Shown here piece by piece: positions 9,127 through 19,455 of a stretch of 32,000 nucleotides of DNA. Position 1 is the first letter of the stretch. Each line of letters begins with the position of its first letter. The stretch is from Amoeboradix gromovi X-113. Taxonomy: Eukaryota > Fungi > Sanchytriomycota. A program made the translations under genes and the position numbers. The stretch lies in contig JADGIF010000022.1 of NCBI GenBank assembly GCA_018985225.1, positions 6,172 through 38,171 of the forward strand, read 5' to 3'. The notes beneath the pieces were generated by a model. It saw only the letters and a list, made by a program, of their open reading frames with translations, searched no databases and was not told where the DNA came from.

Positions 9127-12100
9127 ATGCTTCTGCACCTGTTCTTGATATCTCTTGTTGAAGCCCAAAATAATTATGACACCCCTCCAATAGCGTTAGA
9201 CGCGTTAAAAGAGTCAGATGTGGATAGAATTTACGGAAGTGAAATTCCAAATTACTATCCTCAAGGGTGGGAGTATTTAGGATCTCAATTTTTAAATGCT
9301 ACTCGCAACAATGGACCCATGGAGCAGTCCGATGTCGTTCCATTCAACCCATCAAATGTCGCTTCCAAATTTGCTGGCCTAGCTGCCTTTACAGCTTTTA
9401 GTCTGGCATGCGCTCTCCTATTCTGCATGCTAACTCCAATTCTTGCTTGCTGTTGCGGGTGCTTTAAGAACAGAACCATGTCTGGTAAGGGGCGCAGTAA
9501 GAATTATGAAAATGCAGCATCTGCATTGATGGTTCTAAGTTTTATCTTATTTATCACAATAGGTATCATCACAGGAATATCTGCCGGCACAATGAATGAG
9601 AGTATAGCTGTAATTGGCTCCTCTGTCGGCTCCGTTTACAATGGTGGATTATTATTTGGTAGGAGTACGTTAAACGAGGTAAGCGCCATAGTAGATTTGC
9701 TAGCTACTTATGCTGAGGACACTGTTGATGATATATCTGCACAGACCATTAATATAACTATGGCTGACACTACTGGCAACTTAACTTATCTAAGTGAAAT
9801 TTTAAAATCAAATTTCACTTTTGCTGATAGTATTACAGGTGACCTAAGTGACAGCATACTCGACATGAATTCAGACATGAACACTATATCCTATGAGTAT
9901 AACACCGAATTGTCCCAGTACACCGATATTGTTAACAATTTAACAGACCTGGGTGCTAGCGAACAAATAGTCGCCTCATTTTACTATCATTATCAGAAAA
10001 AGTCACCAAATCCTTTTATATTCTCCAGTGATTTTCGCTCTAATGTCGGATTTGATTCAGATAAATTTCCTACTACTCTAAATAGTTCTGCAGTTGATTT
10101 AACTAGAAATAAGGGTGCGTTTCAAAGGCAAGCAGATGTTGTGGTAGTCAGAATGAACAGGCAGATACAGAATGTAACTGATAGATTAAATTCTACCTTT
10201 TCAGACTTTAAAAAAGCTATTTCGTCAAACAAGATTTCGTTACTAAACAGGATTGACAATGGGTATGTAAGATCATTCAATCCTCCTGCTAATAGATACG
10301 GAGCTTCTTTGAATGAATATTCAGCCAAGTACAAGGAATATGCGTCCTCTGCTGCCTACACTATTTTAGGATTTGTGGTTACCATTTTCATACTCTTCGT
10401 CGGTATAATATTCTGTATTGCCAGTAAGAAAAGAAAGCTTGGTATGTCTTGTGCTAGTCTATTGTTTCTTTACGCTGCATTCTCGTTGATTCTAAGTGTT
10501 ATCATATTCTTAATGGCATTCACAGTAACTGAGATATGCCAGCAATTAGATAATCCCAGTTTCACTTATGGGAACTACCAGCTAGCCGCTGCTGTAACTA
10601 TTGTTGACAAATGCTCTCAAGGCATGCCAATCGGTGATATAATGTTTGATCCAATTGTTCTGCCACTTGTGCTGCTATTGAACGCAAATGCGACTGATTA
10701 CTTCAACATATCTAATCAATATGATAAGTTTGTTAGCAAAATAAACATGTCTAGTTTCTTGGATACTCTCGATATCAAGATAGAAGACGTCTCTGACTTT
10801 AACGAAATTACGGAAGCTTCCAACAATATTTACCAGCAAAACTTAGAAGCTACAAATGTAACTGGTGTTATTCCAGATCATGGAATGAACAATTCGATGC
10901 TTGTGGAAATGGATCGTGTTATACTTTTAACTGTAAACAATTTAGATGTTAATTCATTTACATACATTGGGAATAGTAGTACAGATCAGCCAGCATGCGT
11001 AGATGATTACAATTCTAAGTGTTTGCTTCAAAGAGATCATATTGACGTACTCAACACCGACATGTCGAACACAAATTTGATGTTACCGATTTTAAAGAAT
11101 AAATCAGAAGAGACCATGGGAAAGGCTGCTTCGGTTAAAGATTACATGGCTAATATACCAAATCTTATAGATCAGAGCATATCTACTTTTATGGACTTGA
11201 TAACACTAGGCAAACTCAAAATACGAGACAAAATCAACTCAATGCCTAACAAAATTAAGGAGAACATACAAAGATACTTCAGTGATTTGGTCAAGACTGT
11301 TAAATGTGAACCTATTGGACAGGTAGTTAAAGTGATGGAGTTTGAGCTATGTAGTAAGGTTCGCAATTCATTAAATGGTATGTGGTTTATGTTGTGGTTG
11401 TTAGCGTATGTGATAGTCATAACGTTTATCGGATTGAATTTAGGAGCAAACATACTGTTCAGAGATGCCAAGGATGATGATGACTTTGTCAAAGATAAGA
11501 AATTTAACAAAGTAGCATTGAATGAGAACAAAATTCAGGCATCGGCAGCGCTAATGAGTTCAGATGCAGTTTATAGAACGGAGTCCAATTTAGGACAGAA
11601 TTCAGAAATATTGAAATCACAGGAGTTGTTAAAAGATGATGATTCTGCATCTGAACCAGACGAGCTAAGGGCTAAAGTTGTTGCAGGAGAACGAATAGCT
11701 ATCAAAGTGATCAGATCGCCTTCAAAAGCAGTAGAAGGGAAAGTAGTTATACCTCCGAGAACAATGACTGGCAGCAATTTAAATGTTTCCAAGAGTCCCC
11801 TGAATCCCGCAAACAGCAACGGAAATTTAGGTAAAAGCTTGATAAATACAAGAGGAAGCTCCTTGACTATTGCAAAAAACTCGTCAAAAACTGTAGGAAG
11901 CAGCTCTAATTTGTCTGCTAGTCCATTAAAACTAGCAACAGGAAATATAAGCAAATCAACTAGTCCCTTAAAAAGCCCGGGTATTAAAAATGTTCAATCT
12001 CATTCTATAGGGAATGATATGGATACTACCACAGAATCACGAAACAACTTAGGATCTGAACTCGATTCTGATTCATCTGATGATGCAGATATTGAAGATA

Positions 12101-12255
12101 TGCAATTTCGGCCGAAAATGGCATCTTATATGCTGGAATTAGAAGCAAATGAGTCATCTTTCGATGATCAAAGCTTAAGTCCAAGAAGGATGTCAAAATT
12201 GCAACAGGAGAATAATTTAGGATCAAATTCAAGCAGTGCAAAAGAATCCAAGTAG
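9127..12255 (+). CDS. Prominin-like pentaspan membrane glycoprotein
   Basis: Signal peptide, 5 TM segments in 1+2+2 style, Cys cluster ACCCGC after TM1, two large Asn-glycosylation-rich loops, motif CEPIGQV...LCSKVRNSLNGMWF, long Ser-rich tail. Confidence 0.8.
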   Translation: MLLHLFLISLVEAQNNYDTPPIALDALKESDVDRIYGSEIPNYYPQGWEYLGSQFLNATRNNGPMEQSDVVPFNPSNVASKFAGLAAFTAFSLACALLFCMLTPILACCCGCFKNRTMSGKGRSKNYENAASALMVLSFILFITIGIITGISAGTMNESIAVIGSSVGSVYNGGLLFGRSTLNEVSAIVDLLATYAEDTVDDISAQTINITMADTTGNLTYLSEILKSNFTFADSITGDLSDSILDMNSDMNTISYEYNTELSQYTDIVNNLTDLGASEQIVASFYYHYQKKSPNPFIFSSDFRSNVGFDSDKFPTTLNSSAVDLTRNKGAFQRQADVVVVRMNRQIQNVTDRLNSTFSDFKKAISSNKISLLNRIDNGYVRSFNPPANRYGASLNEYSAKYKEYASSAAYTILGFVVTIFILFVGIIFCIASKKRKLGMSCASLLFLYAAFSLILSVIIFLMAFTVTEICQQLDNPSFTYGNYQLAAAVTIVDKCSQGMPIGDIMFDPIVLPLVLLLNANATDYFNISNQYDKFVSKINMSSFLDTLDIKIEDVSDFNEITEASNNIYQQNLEATNVTGVIPDHGMNNSMLVEMDRVILLTVNNLDVNSFTYIGNSSTDQPACVDDYNSKCLLQRDHIDVLNTDMSNTNLMLPILKNKSEETMGKAASVKDYMANIPNLIDQSISTFMDLITLGKLKIRDKINSMPNKIKENIQRYFSDLVKTVKCEPIGQVVKVMEFELCSKVRNSLNGMWFMLWLLAYVIVITFIGLNLGANILFRDAKDDDDFVKDKKFNKVALNENKIQASAALMSSDAVYRTESNLGQNSEILKSQELLKDDDSASEPDELRAKVVAGERIAIKVIRSPSKAVEGKVVIPPRTMTGSNLNVSKSPLNPANSNGNLGKSLINTRGSSLTIAKNSSKTVGSSSNLSASPLKLATGNISKSTSPLKSPGIKNVQSHSIGNDMDTTTESRNNLGSELDSDSSDDADIEDMQFRPKMASYMLELEANESSFDDQSLSPRRMSKLQQENNLGSNSSSAKESK

Positions 12256-12627
12256 ACACTGTCATCTTCATTAACCCGCAGCAAATAAATATTTTATACT
12301 GTTTTCATTTTGGCACATGAAATGGAATTTAGTGTTAAATTTAAAATAAGAAACAAACTCAAACTTCTCTGTTCTCATTGAAGTATCGAGCAGGTTTGTC
12401 CATCACTTGTATTTACAGAGTCCCATTGTCAATTCGCTGTACTGAATACAAATTCACTAGCGTTTAAGAAGCTTTATTATTTTTCTTGTAAATTTTATAA
12501 AAATGAAAGGCACAATGCTATACTAGGCTTGCGTTACACAACTTCAAGCATTCAGTTGACAATAATTTTAACTGATTCGTGACAGTTAAAAAAGAACTAG
12601 AGAAAACAATTATATTTTTAAATGAAT

Positions 12628-13251
12628 TTATTGGGCATCCGGCATATGCTTGGGGTCTGCAGCCTCAAACTCTGCCGAGGTTTTTAGATTCTCAATTATT
12701 TCAGAGATTTTTGGAAATCTCTGAATATCTATTTCAAATCTCGTTGCGTTATACACTTGTGGAACCAAACATGCATCTGCGAAAGTAATATGATCCCCGA
12801 ATGAATACTTACCTGAGTGCACTTCAGCAATCCTTTCAAATGCCTGAAGCCCGTTAGATATAACCTTTGCTGCCCATTCTTTTTTCTTTTCGTCTTGGAA
12901 TTCCTTCAGAACCTTAAGATTTTGAAGAGGCTGCGTATCTGCCACAATTACCATGCACATTCCACGAACAATTGCTCTTTCATACTTATCTTTAGGCAAC
13001 ATACTGATTTGAGGATACTCGTCTTCCAAATATTCCATAATAGCCATACTTTGATGGATAAACTTATCGTCTACTTGCAAAGTTGGGACGACTCCCATTG
13101 GATTTCTACTTAAATTCACGGCATCATGCTGTTCATTCTTTAGTAAGTTTACGGCAGCATATTCATACTTCAATTTTTTCATGTTCATGACAATACGAAC
13201 GCGGTAAGAGCAAGAAGATCTCCAATACGAATACAATTTAAATTGTGTCAT
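12628..13251 (-). CDS. GSTZ1: Maleylacetoacetate isomerase / glutathione S-transferase zeta
   Basis: LYSYWRSSCSYRVRI, NPMGVVPTL, QSMAIMEYL, QPLQNL, CLVPQVYNA. Confidence 0.95.
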   Translation of the reverse strand: MTQFKLYSYWRSSCSYRVRIVMNMKKLKYEYAAVNLLKNEQHDAVNLSRNPMGVVPTLQVDDKFIHQSMAIMEYLEDEYPQISMLPKDKYERAIVRGMCMVIVADTQPLQNLKVLKEFQDEKKKEWAAKVISNGLQAFERIAEVHSGKYSFGDHITFADACLVPQVYNATRFEIDIQRFPKISEIIENLKTSAEFEAADPKHMPDAQ

Positions 13252-13274
13252 AAAAATTTTAGATTAAGATTTAT

Positions 13275-14483
13275 TTATTGTTCGCTGTAAATAACAGAAG
13301 CCATTCCCATACCTGTTCCGATACACATCGAAGTCACTCCAACCTTCTTCCCTTGGCGCTTTAACTCAGGTAGCAAAGTAGCGATTTGTCTTGATCCTGT
13401 ACAACCAAGCGGATGACCCAATGCAATTGCACCCCCTTTAACGTTAACTTTTTCAATAGGAATCTTCAACTTCTCTACACAGTAAATGCTTTGAGATGCA
13501 AATGCCTCGTTGATTTCAAATATATCTACATCAGCCACAGTTAAGCCAGCCTTTTTTAATGCGGCTGGAATCGCGAAAGCCGGACCTACACCCATAATGT
13601 GTGGCGGCACACCTACTACAGCGCTGCACACGAACTTTGCAATTGGTTTCAATCCCAGTTTCTTTGCAATAGATCTTCTCATCAATAACACTGCAGAAGC
13701 ACCATCACTGACCTGTGACGCATTTCCTGCAGTAGTAGTTCCTTCAGCCCCAAAGGCAGGTCTTAACTTTGCCAGTTTCTCAGGAGTAGTTCCTGGTCTA
13801 ATACCATCGTCATCCGTCACAACGATTGTATTACCGTCAAACAAAACTTTAGCAGGTACAATTTCGTCTTTAAACAGACCATCTTTTTGAGCCTTTAATG
13901 CTCTTGAATGAGATAAAGCAGCAAACTGATCTTGTTTCTCTCGGCTTACTTTAAATTCAGCGGCAACTGTGTCACTAGTCATACCCATAGGTAGCATGGT
14001 ATCTTGCGCAGCTTTGTTGGCACTGGAAACTCTTTCGCTGAATGATTCAGGAAGCATTCCTGGTACCATGTAATGCTTTGTCATACTCTCGACACCTGCT
14101 CCAATACCTATGTCTATGTCCCCTGCCTTAATGGCATGGGCAACGCTAGCAACAGCCTGTAATCCTGATGAGCACTGTCGGTTGACAGTACTAACTGACG
14201 TTGTAATTGGAAAACCAGCCGATAAAACAGCCATTCTGCTAACCATTGCCCCACCACTCGGGCTACAGACAGTTCCGACTGTTACTTCTTCAACCAAATC
14301 AGGCTTAATTCGAGACTTTTCCAACACTCCACGTAATACAGTATCCAGTAATTCCTCGATAGGTGTATCTTTAAACCCTCCTTTCTTTGCTCTTGTTATT
14401 GCAGTTCTTAATGCACAAACAATAACAACGTCATCATCGGATGGTGACGAAACGGATTTGGCGGTTCTATTTAAACTAGACAT
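13275..14483 (-). CDS. POT1: 3-ketoacyl-CoA thiolase (peroxisomal type)
   Basis: VNRQCSSGLQA, EINEAFA, GGAIALGHPLG, SMCIGTGMG. Confidence 0.95.
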   Translation of the reverse strand: MSSLNRTAKSVSSPSDDDVVIVCALRTAITRAKKGGFKDTPIEELLDTVLRGVLEKSRIKPDLVEEVTVGTVCSPSGGAMVSRMAVLSAGFPITTSVSTVNRQCSSGLQAVASVAHAIKAGDIDIGIGAGVESMTKHYMVPGMLPESFSERVSSANKAAQDTMLPMGMTSDTVAAEFKVSREKQDQFAALSHSRALKAQKDGLFKDEIVPAKVLFDGNTIVVTDDDGIRPGTTPEKLAKLRPAFGAEGTTTAGNASQVSDGASAVLLMRRSIAKKLGLKPIAKFVCSAVVGVPPHIMGVGPAFAIPAALKKAGLTVADVDIFEINEAFASQSIYCVEKLKIPIEKVNVKGGAIALGHPLGCTGSRQIATLLPELKRQGKKVGVTSMCIGTGMGMASVIYSEQ

Positions 14484-14522
14484 TTTGTTTTGAAAAAGAT
14501 TTCAGATAAATATATTTAGCTT

Positions 14523-15320
14523 CATATGGAACACCGACTGTAAAACAAGACTGATTAGCTTCTAAGAAAGCATCACGTCTATATCACCTACTGGTTAGGG
14601 AAATGTTACTGCTACCGTTTCTTCTCTGCCGACTTAGCCTTTCCAAATTTGATAGCAGACTTCTATGGACTGCGCATTGTTGTAAAACTCATTCTCATCT
14701 CTATTTATAACCATACCGCAGTGGGTCTGCGGGCATACTCGAAGACCATATGAGAATCCATCCTCTAATACTTGCTACTACTGCTATTACATAACTTAAA
14801 GCATAATCTCAGGAATTGGTGATAGTGATTTCCTTCCGGGTAAGTAGATTAGTATCTTTTGTGCAGAACTCTCAACACCTCCATGATTGTGTTGATAGCT
14901 ACAATCACCATAGCATATCACTCTCTGTTGAAACTCTGAATAAAAAAAGGATTGTTTCCTGGGAGTGTAGATGGTAAAACCAACAGCCCATTGCCTCTGC
15001 TGGCATGCCAGCTAAGAACGAGATTGCCTGCTTTGGTCGCAAACGACAATGCTGTGATATTTTGTAGCTACGACAGCATTTTTGGATTTTGGTGGGCGTA
15101 GTGACTGCTTCGAGGTCATTGAACGCTCTTGCATGGTACATATATGAGCTCTCTTGCTTTCTTGCAGATTTATCACAGATGCAATAGTTTGAAGGCTTCT
15201 TTTTACTTGCTTGTGTGCATGGATCAAACCTGGTTTTGTTCAGAGTCCCATGCCTTGTGCACGTCTGCTTAATAAATGATTCATGATACTCGCCAATGTC
15301 CATCTTCCTTTGCACCATGA
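14523..15320 (-). pseudogene. Decayed Fanzor1 nuclease gene ending at a TIR
   Basis: Motifs in the expected order across frameshifts: SIVVCDQSR (RuvC-I-like, D at 15036-38), RVICYGDCSY (14904-12), PIPE...KLCNS, YGLRVCPQTHCGMVINRDEN (14750-14691). TIR-like TGGAACACCGACTGTAAAACAAGACTGA at ~14527-14554. 5' boundary uncertain. Confidence 0.8.
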
Positions 15321-15961
15321 CTCCTTCTTAGACCATGTCTGGGCATGTAAGACTGCAGCTAGCGTCTCTTGGTAATGTACCTAGATCAGGAATATTCTAG
15401 CTGTGTAGCTTTGTAGATGTTTCTATGGATCAGCAAAACAACTATCGAGATCTCTTGAATTACTACAATAGCGAAAAATAATTTTGGAAGCATAGAATCC
15501 GTGCAATTGTGATCAACAATTTATTCAGTCAGAATATTAAGCTGTAACTCATTACAGAAGATGTGCTGGTGTCTCACTGAGAGGATATATGTAGTCGAAA
15601 CACTACATGAGCATCGTCGAATGAAAAAATTTCGTTCTTTAAGCAAACATTCAAGTCAGGTTTAAGTCTTTATCTGAAGAAGAAACCGATAGGATTCGCT
15701 TTATAGAATCACGTATCGTTGAAAATATCATATCGGAAAATAGTCTATTTCATCACTCCATATGAGAGTAGTCATGGTATCTGGCTACACGGGATTTCGC
15801 AATGAACTTTTCTCTTTTCGGTGTATAGACTACCTTGTTCTCTGAAATTGATTCCGTTTTCACAAATTTGCGGTCAAAGAGCCGCGGGCTAACCGGATCA
15901 GAAAGATAGACGCAGAAAAGGCGAAAGAGAAGATAATTAGGATAATCATAGCGATTTGAGT

Positions 15962-16756
15962 TTATTGTCGAAATCTTTTCATGTTCTGAGCAGCCACTCT
16001 CGCAGTTTTTTTCGATGCTTGCAGCTGCAAGAACTCTTTTGGCTCTACCTGGTCTACAAGTGACTTTTTTAATTTTGACAACCGCGTACACCTCTTTGAG
16101 TTGGAGAAATACTCTTGGATTTGGTCTGTCAAGTCTTTGGATTCATTTGGTATATAACTCTGTTTGCCCTCTCTCTGGTGCCCACTTATATGTATTGAAG
16201 GAATGTAATCTGGAAATTCGTATTGCTCAAGCTTCGAGTTTTTAAATTCAGGATAAAGAGTGTATATGGAATTCGATTTCGACAAAGATGTACATGAGTT
16301 TCCATATCCAAAACATCCATGGCTAAAAGTCAGTTCTAGCTCAATCTTTCCAATTCTTCCAAATGCACCCCAAATATCTAAAATGGTTGAAATAGGAGAA
16401 GCTTTAACAATATCATGTAGATGGAGGTTAATAACAGACCATGTTCTCTTATCTTGCCCATGCAAAATAAATTCAAATATAACTTCGTTAAAAGGATGCC
16501 TATAATTGCAGGGAATATTCAAAAACATCTGATTAGTATTATCCCACATGATGACACTGTCCATTTTTTGAACACCAAAGTGTTTGCAATGTTCTTGTGT
16601 CTTTAAGCATAAATCCATTCCTTTATACTGCTTATCCAAAGCTAGGTCTAGAATGCTCAACTTCTTAACTTTAATACTTAGAACTCCGAAAGAGGAATAG
16701 TCCGTTCTTGGGTCTAGTAGCAATGATCTTTGTAAAGTTAATAAATCTAAATCCAT
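15962..16756 (-). CDS. C2-domain protein resembling C2CD6/ALS2CR11 (CatSper-tau family)
   Basis: C2-like strands LSIKVKKL...INLHLHDIV...IGKIELELTFSHGCFGYG. The FxxGxFGYG ending recalls the ALS2CR11 domain. First ATG at 16756. Confidence 0.6.
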   Translation of the reverse strand: MDLDLLTLQRSLLLDPRTDYSSFGVLSIKVKKLSILDLALDKQYKGMDLCLKTQEHCKHFGVQKMDSVIMWDNTNQMFLNIPCNYRHPFNEVIFEFILHGQDKRTWSVINLHLHDIVKASPISTILDIWGAFGRIGKIELELTFSHGCFGYGNSCTSLSKSNSIYTLYPEFKNSKLEQYEFPDYIPSIHISGHQREGKQSYIPNESKDLTDQIQEYFSNSKRCTRLSKLKKSLVDQVEPKEFLQLQASKKTARVAAQNMKRFRQ

Positions 16757-16778
16757 TGACCTAAACAAAAATATTTTA

Positions 16779-17987
16779 TTACTTTTTCTTTGCTTGAGTT
16801 GTCAAGTTAAATTTGAAAAAAATGATGTCACCATCTTCTACAACATAGTCTCGTCCTCTTTGATAATACTTACCTGCATTCTTGACAGCAGCTTCTGAGC
16901 CAAGCTCCTTTAAATCCTCAAATTTCATCACTTCCGCCATGATAAAGCCTTTCTCAAAATCACCATGAATGACTCCAGCAGCTTGTGGTGCTTTGATTCC
17001 GTTTCTTATAGTCCACGCTCTCACCTCTTTTGGACCAAAGGTAAAAAAGTGACCCAAATTTAAATTGGAATAGCCAGAGTGTGTGATCTTCGGCAACGCA
17101 CTTACAACATCTTTACCTAGGGCTTTTAAGTATTCATTTCTTTTCTCTTCTGAATCTAGAAGCGCCAGAGTGCTTTCTAAAGCAGCAGAGAATGGAATCA
17201 ATGAGTCGCCGGGTGAATTCTCCTCTATCCATTGCTTGACCTTGACAAGGTATTTGTTCTTCTTTCTAACATAATCCTTCTCGCTGAGATTACACAAGTA
17301 TATAACTGGTTTGGCTGTCAAAAGCATTAAAGTGTTTAGTACTTCGATCTCTCGATTTGACCAGTCACCATGTCTTATGTCTTTCTTTTGATCTTTCAAC
17401 AGCTCCAAGGCTTTCATCATGCAGTCAAATTCTTCTTTTTTAGCTTTTTGATCTGGATTTGCACCACTGCCCAACCTTAAAGCAGTCTTTTTGACATTCG
17501 CCGATTGCTTCTCCAAGAACTCAACATCCTTTTTGCGCAATTCTTCACGGATAGCGTCCAAATCCAAAGTTGGATTTACCTCACCCTCAACATGTACCAC
17601 CTCATCATCATCAAAACATCTAACCATGTGGAATATCCCATCCACAGCTTTTATGTTTGCAAGAAATGCATTACCAAGTCCCGCACCTTCGGCAGCACCT
17701 TTTACGAGTCCTGCAATATCGATTACAGTTAGATAGGCAGGCACTTTTGAGGCAGGTTTAAACTGATCTCTCAACCAGTCAAATCTTTCATCAGGAACAC
17801 TAACCCGACCTTCTGTAGGGTCAATTGTACAGAATGGATAATTTTCAGCAGGAATAGAACTATTTGTGATACAATTGAAGAAAGTCGATTTACCTACATT
17901 AGGCAACCCCACTATTCCTATTTTAAGGTTGTTGCTAGGTCTTCCAAGCATTATTTTATCATCTATTGTTTTCTTTTTGGGTGGCAT
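16779..17987 (-). CDS. OLA1: Obg-like ATPase OLA1/YchF
   Basis: MPPKKK start (ATG 17987), [33 protein letters not shown] domain. Confidence 0.97.
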   Translation of the reverse strand: MPPKKKTIDDKIMLGRPSNNLKIGIVGLPNVGKSTFFNCITNSSIPAENYPFCTIDPTEGRVSVPDERFDWLRDQFKPASKVPAYLTVIDIAGLVKGAAEGAGLGNAFLANIKAVDGIFHMVRCFDDDEVVHVEGEVNPTLDLDAIREELRKKDVEFLEKQSANVKKTALRLGSGANPDQKAKKEEFDCMMKALELLKDQKKDIRHGDWSNREIEVLNTLMLLTAKPVIYLCNLSEKDYVRKKNKYLVKVKQWIEENSPGDSLIPFSAALESTLALLDSEEKRNEYLKALGKDVVSALPKITHSGYSNLNLGHFFTFGPKEVRAWTIRNGIKAPQAAGVIHGDFEKGFIMAEVMKFEDLKELGSEAAVKNAGKYYQRGRDYVVEDGDIIFFKFNLTTQAKKK

Positions 17988-18053
17988 AACTTTGACTCGT
18001 TTTCCCCTAAATAGAAACCGGGTAAGCATGGGAGATCATAAAAAATTAAATAT

Positions 18054-18272
18054 TTATTTATAGTATTCCTGTATTCTTGTCAACACGTTAAGTCTTAGCT
18101 TCAACTGATCTTTAAAAATTCGTTCTCTGTCCTTTCTTTCGTCTGATCGTCTTTTAGTAGTAGGCTTTGTGTATCGCATGTTGTCGAACCATTTATCTTT
18201 TAGCATTAGCTTTCTGCAAACTCTATTGAATGTTCCAACAAGTCCAACTTTTGGATTTAACAATAAAACCAT
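18054..18272 (-). CDS. Small basic protein, probable mitochondrial ribosomal protein bS21m
   Basis: 72 aa, very basic. RYTKPTTKRR resembles the S21 Y/FxKPxxKR motif. Confidence 0.55.
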   Translation of the reverse strand: MVLLLNPKVGLVGTFNRVCRKLMLKDKWFDNMRYTKPTTKRRSDERKDRERIFKDQLKLRLNVLTRIQEYYK

Positions 18273-18295
18273 TTTTGAGCTGAAAGAGTGTTTTG

Positions 18296-18918
18296 AGATC
18301 TCCTCGTTAAAAGTCTAGATTTCCGAGAAAATCGAGAATTTCCACAGAGAAACTAATGCTAGTTTCTCCGTTACAGTGATCGCTCACGCTTTCACTACCC
18401 TGAGGCGGGATTGAATAAGGATGCAGATACTTGATGTATATGTTCCTTGCTGCCATATGATCTCTACTTGTCTCCAAATGACACTTTGTACAGCTATAGC
18501 TTTGTAAGTTGGTTTTCTTTAGATTAGCACACCTTGTATATGTCTGACTAGTAAATGATTCATTGCATTCGACCATCGTCTTTCCTCTTTGCCTACACTT
18601 GAACTTCTAGCGTTCCTTGAATGTGTAATGGGACATTGTAGCCATGTTTCTTGCGACCTTGCTCGACAAGCTACTTAGCATCTGGCTCGTATTGAACGAG
18701 GGTAAGTATATGAGATCATACGTCTTTGTATGATGTACCTGTTAGTTATTTCTTTAGATTTGACATATTCAGGATTACATCTATTTATTCCATTTACCAT
18801 TTGCGAAAAGGAAGAATATCTAGTATTTAAGCTGTTAGAAAAATCTGGAAAAGTCTTAAAATGATACAAAAATATATAAAAATTCGCGATAAATGATTTA
18901 TTCAAGAAAATAGTCAAG
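18296..18918 (-). mobile_element. Internally deleted IS607-like Fanzor2 element (copy B, best preserved)
   Basis: TnpA start MVNGINRCNPEYVKSKEITNRY (ATG 18800) fused near 18725 to TYDLIYLPSFNTSQMLSSLSSKVARNMATMSHYTFKER*KFKCRQRGKTMVECNESFTSQTYTRC...CTKC...SRDHMAARNI...LDF*. In-frame TAG at 18607-09; first Zn-ligand Cys changed to Tyr. Confidence 0.92.
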
Positions 18919-19410
18919 CTGTTGGACCACTACGAAAACTAGACAAACTTTTCAAAACATTTGTCAAAAAAGACAAGCCTTGAGTGTAAATTCCCGTCAT
19001 TGTTAGCGATACTCTAGGCAACCCTTAGTTAGAAATTGTCTTCTATTTAAGTAGGTTCTTAATTCTCCATAGATCTCTTATGAATAAGTGGTTTTTTAAC
19101 AAGCATCACCGTCTCAATATGCTACAATGACCTCTCTGATGTGGTTATACCTCTATTATCATAAGAAATCACCTTTTATCATTTCCTTTTCACCTTCACT
19201 TGTCTTGTCTTCTTTCTCTGTATCATCAAATTTCATATTCGCGGCCGATACGTTCCTTAATCAAGCTCTCTAGACAGTCTATGCACCTTTTTAAGATTTG
19301 CTGGTGTCCTTGATGACCTAGTATTAGTGCAATGAACTCCCAAGACTTTTACAGTGCAGTTTTGGTGGTTTTTCGATGGGCATTGATCCTATAGCAAGCC
19401 CATGTCTTTT
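18919..19410 (-). mobile_element. Strongly decayed Fanzor1-like TIR element
   Basis: TIR-like GTTGGACCACTACGAAAACTAGACAAACTT at 18921-18950. Minus-strand fragments LKRCIDCL (19271-94) and KPLIH/RDLWRIKNLL (~19048-95) read toward the TIR. Confidence 0.5.
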
Positions 19411-19455
19411 TAACATTCCCACTTACCCCTCTTGTCCAGTCATAGCATATCTCCT

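Noticed and set aside
14905-15318. Track ORFs of 137 aa and 71 aa as independent genes
   Set aside because: They are better explained as frameshifted pieces of the Fanzor1 pseudogene.
15753-15960. TCTTTCGCCTTTT (minus strand) as U5 loop 1 or U2 5' end; also a short signal-peptide-like ORF MIILIIFSFAFSA
   Set aside because: There is no closing stem or downstream snRNA motif, and the ORF stops after 29 codons with no convincing intron.
18300-18420. Group I intron (IStron) associated with the IS607-like elements
   Set aside because: No P7 or other catalytic-core motifs recognised by eye; untested without a covariance search.
18607-18609. In-frame TAG codons in Fanzor/TnpA remnants as stop-codon reassignment
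   Set aside because: Host genes terminate at TAG/TAA (e.g. 2135, 12255). The TAGs replace different residues (L, W) and co-occur with frameshifts, so they reflect decay.
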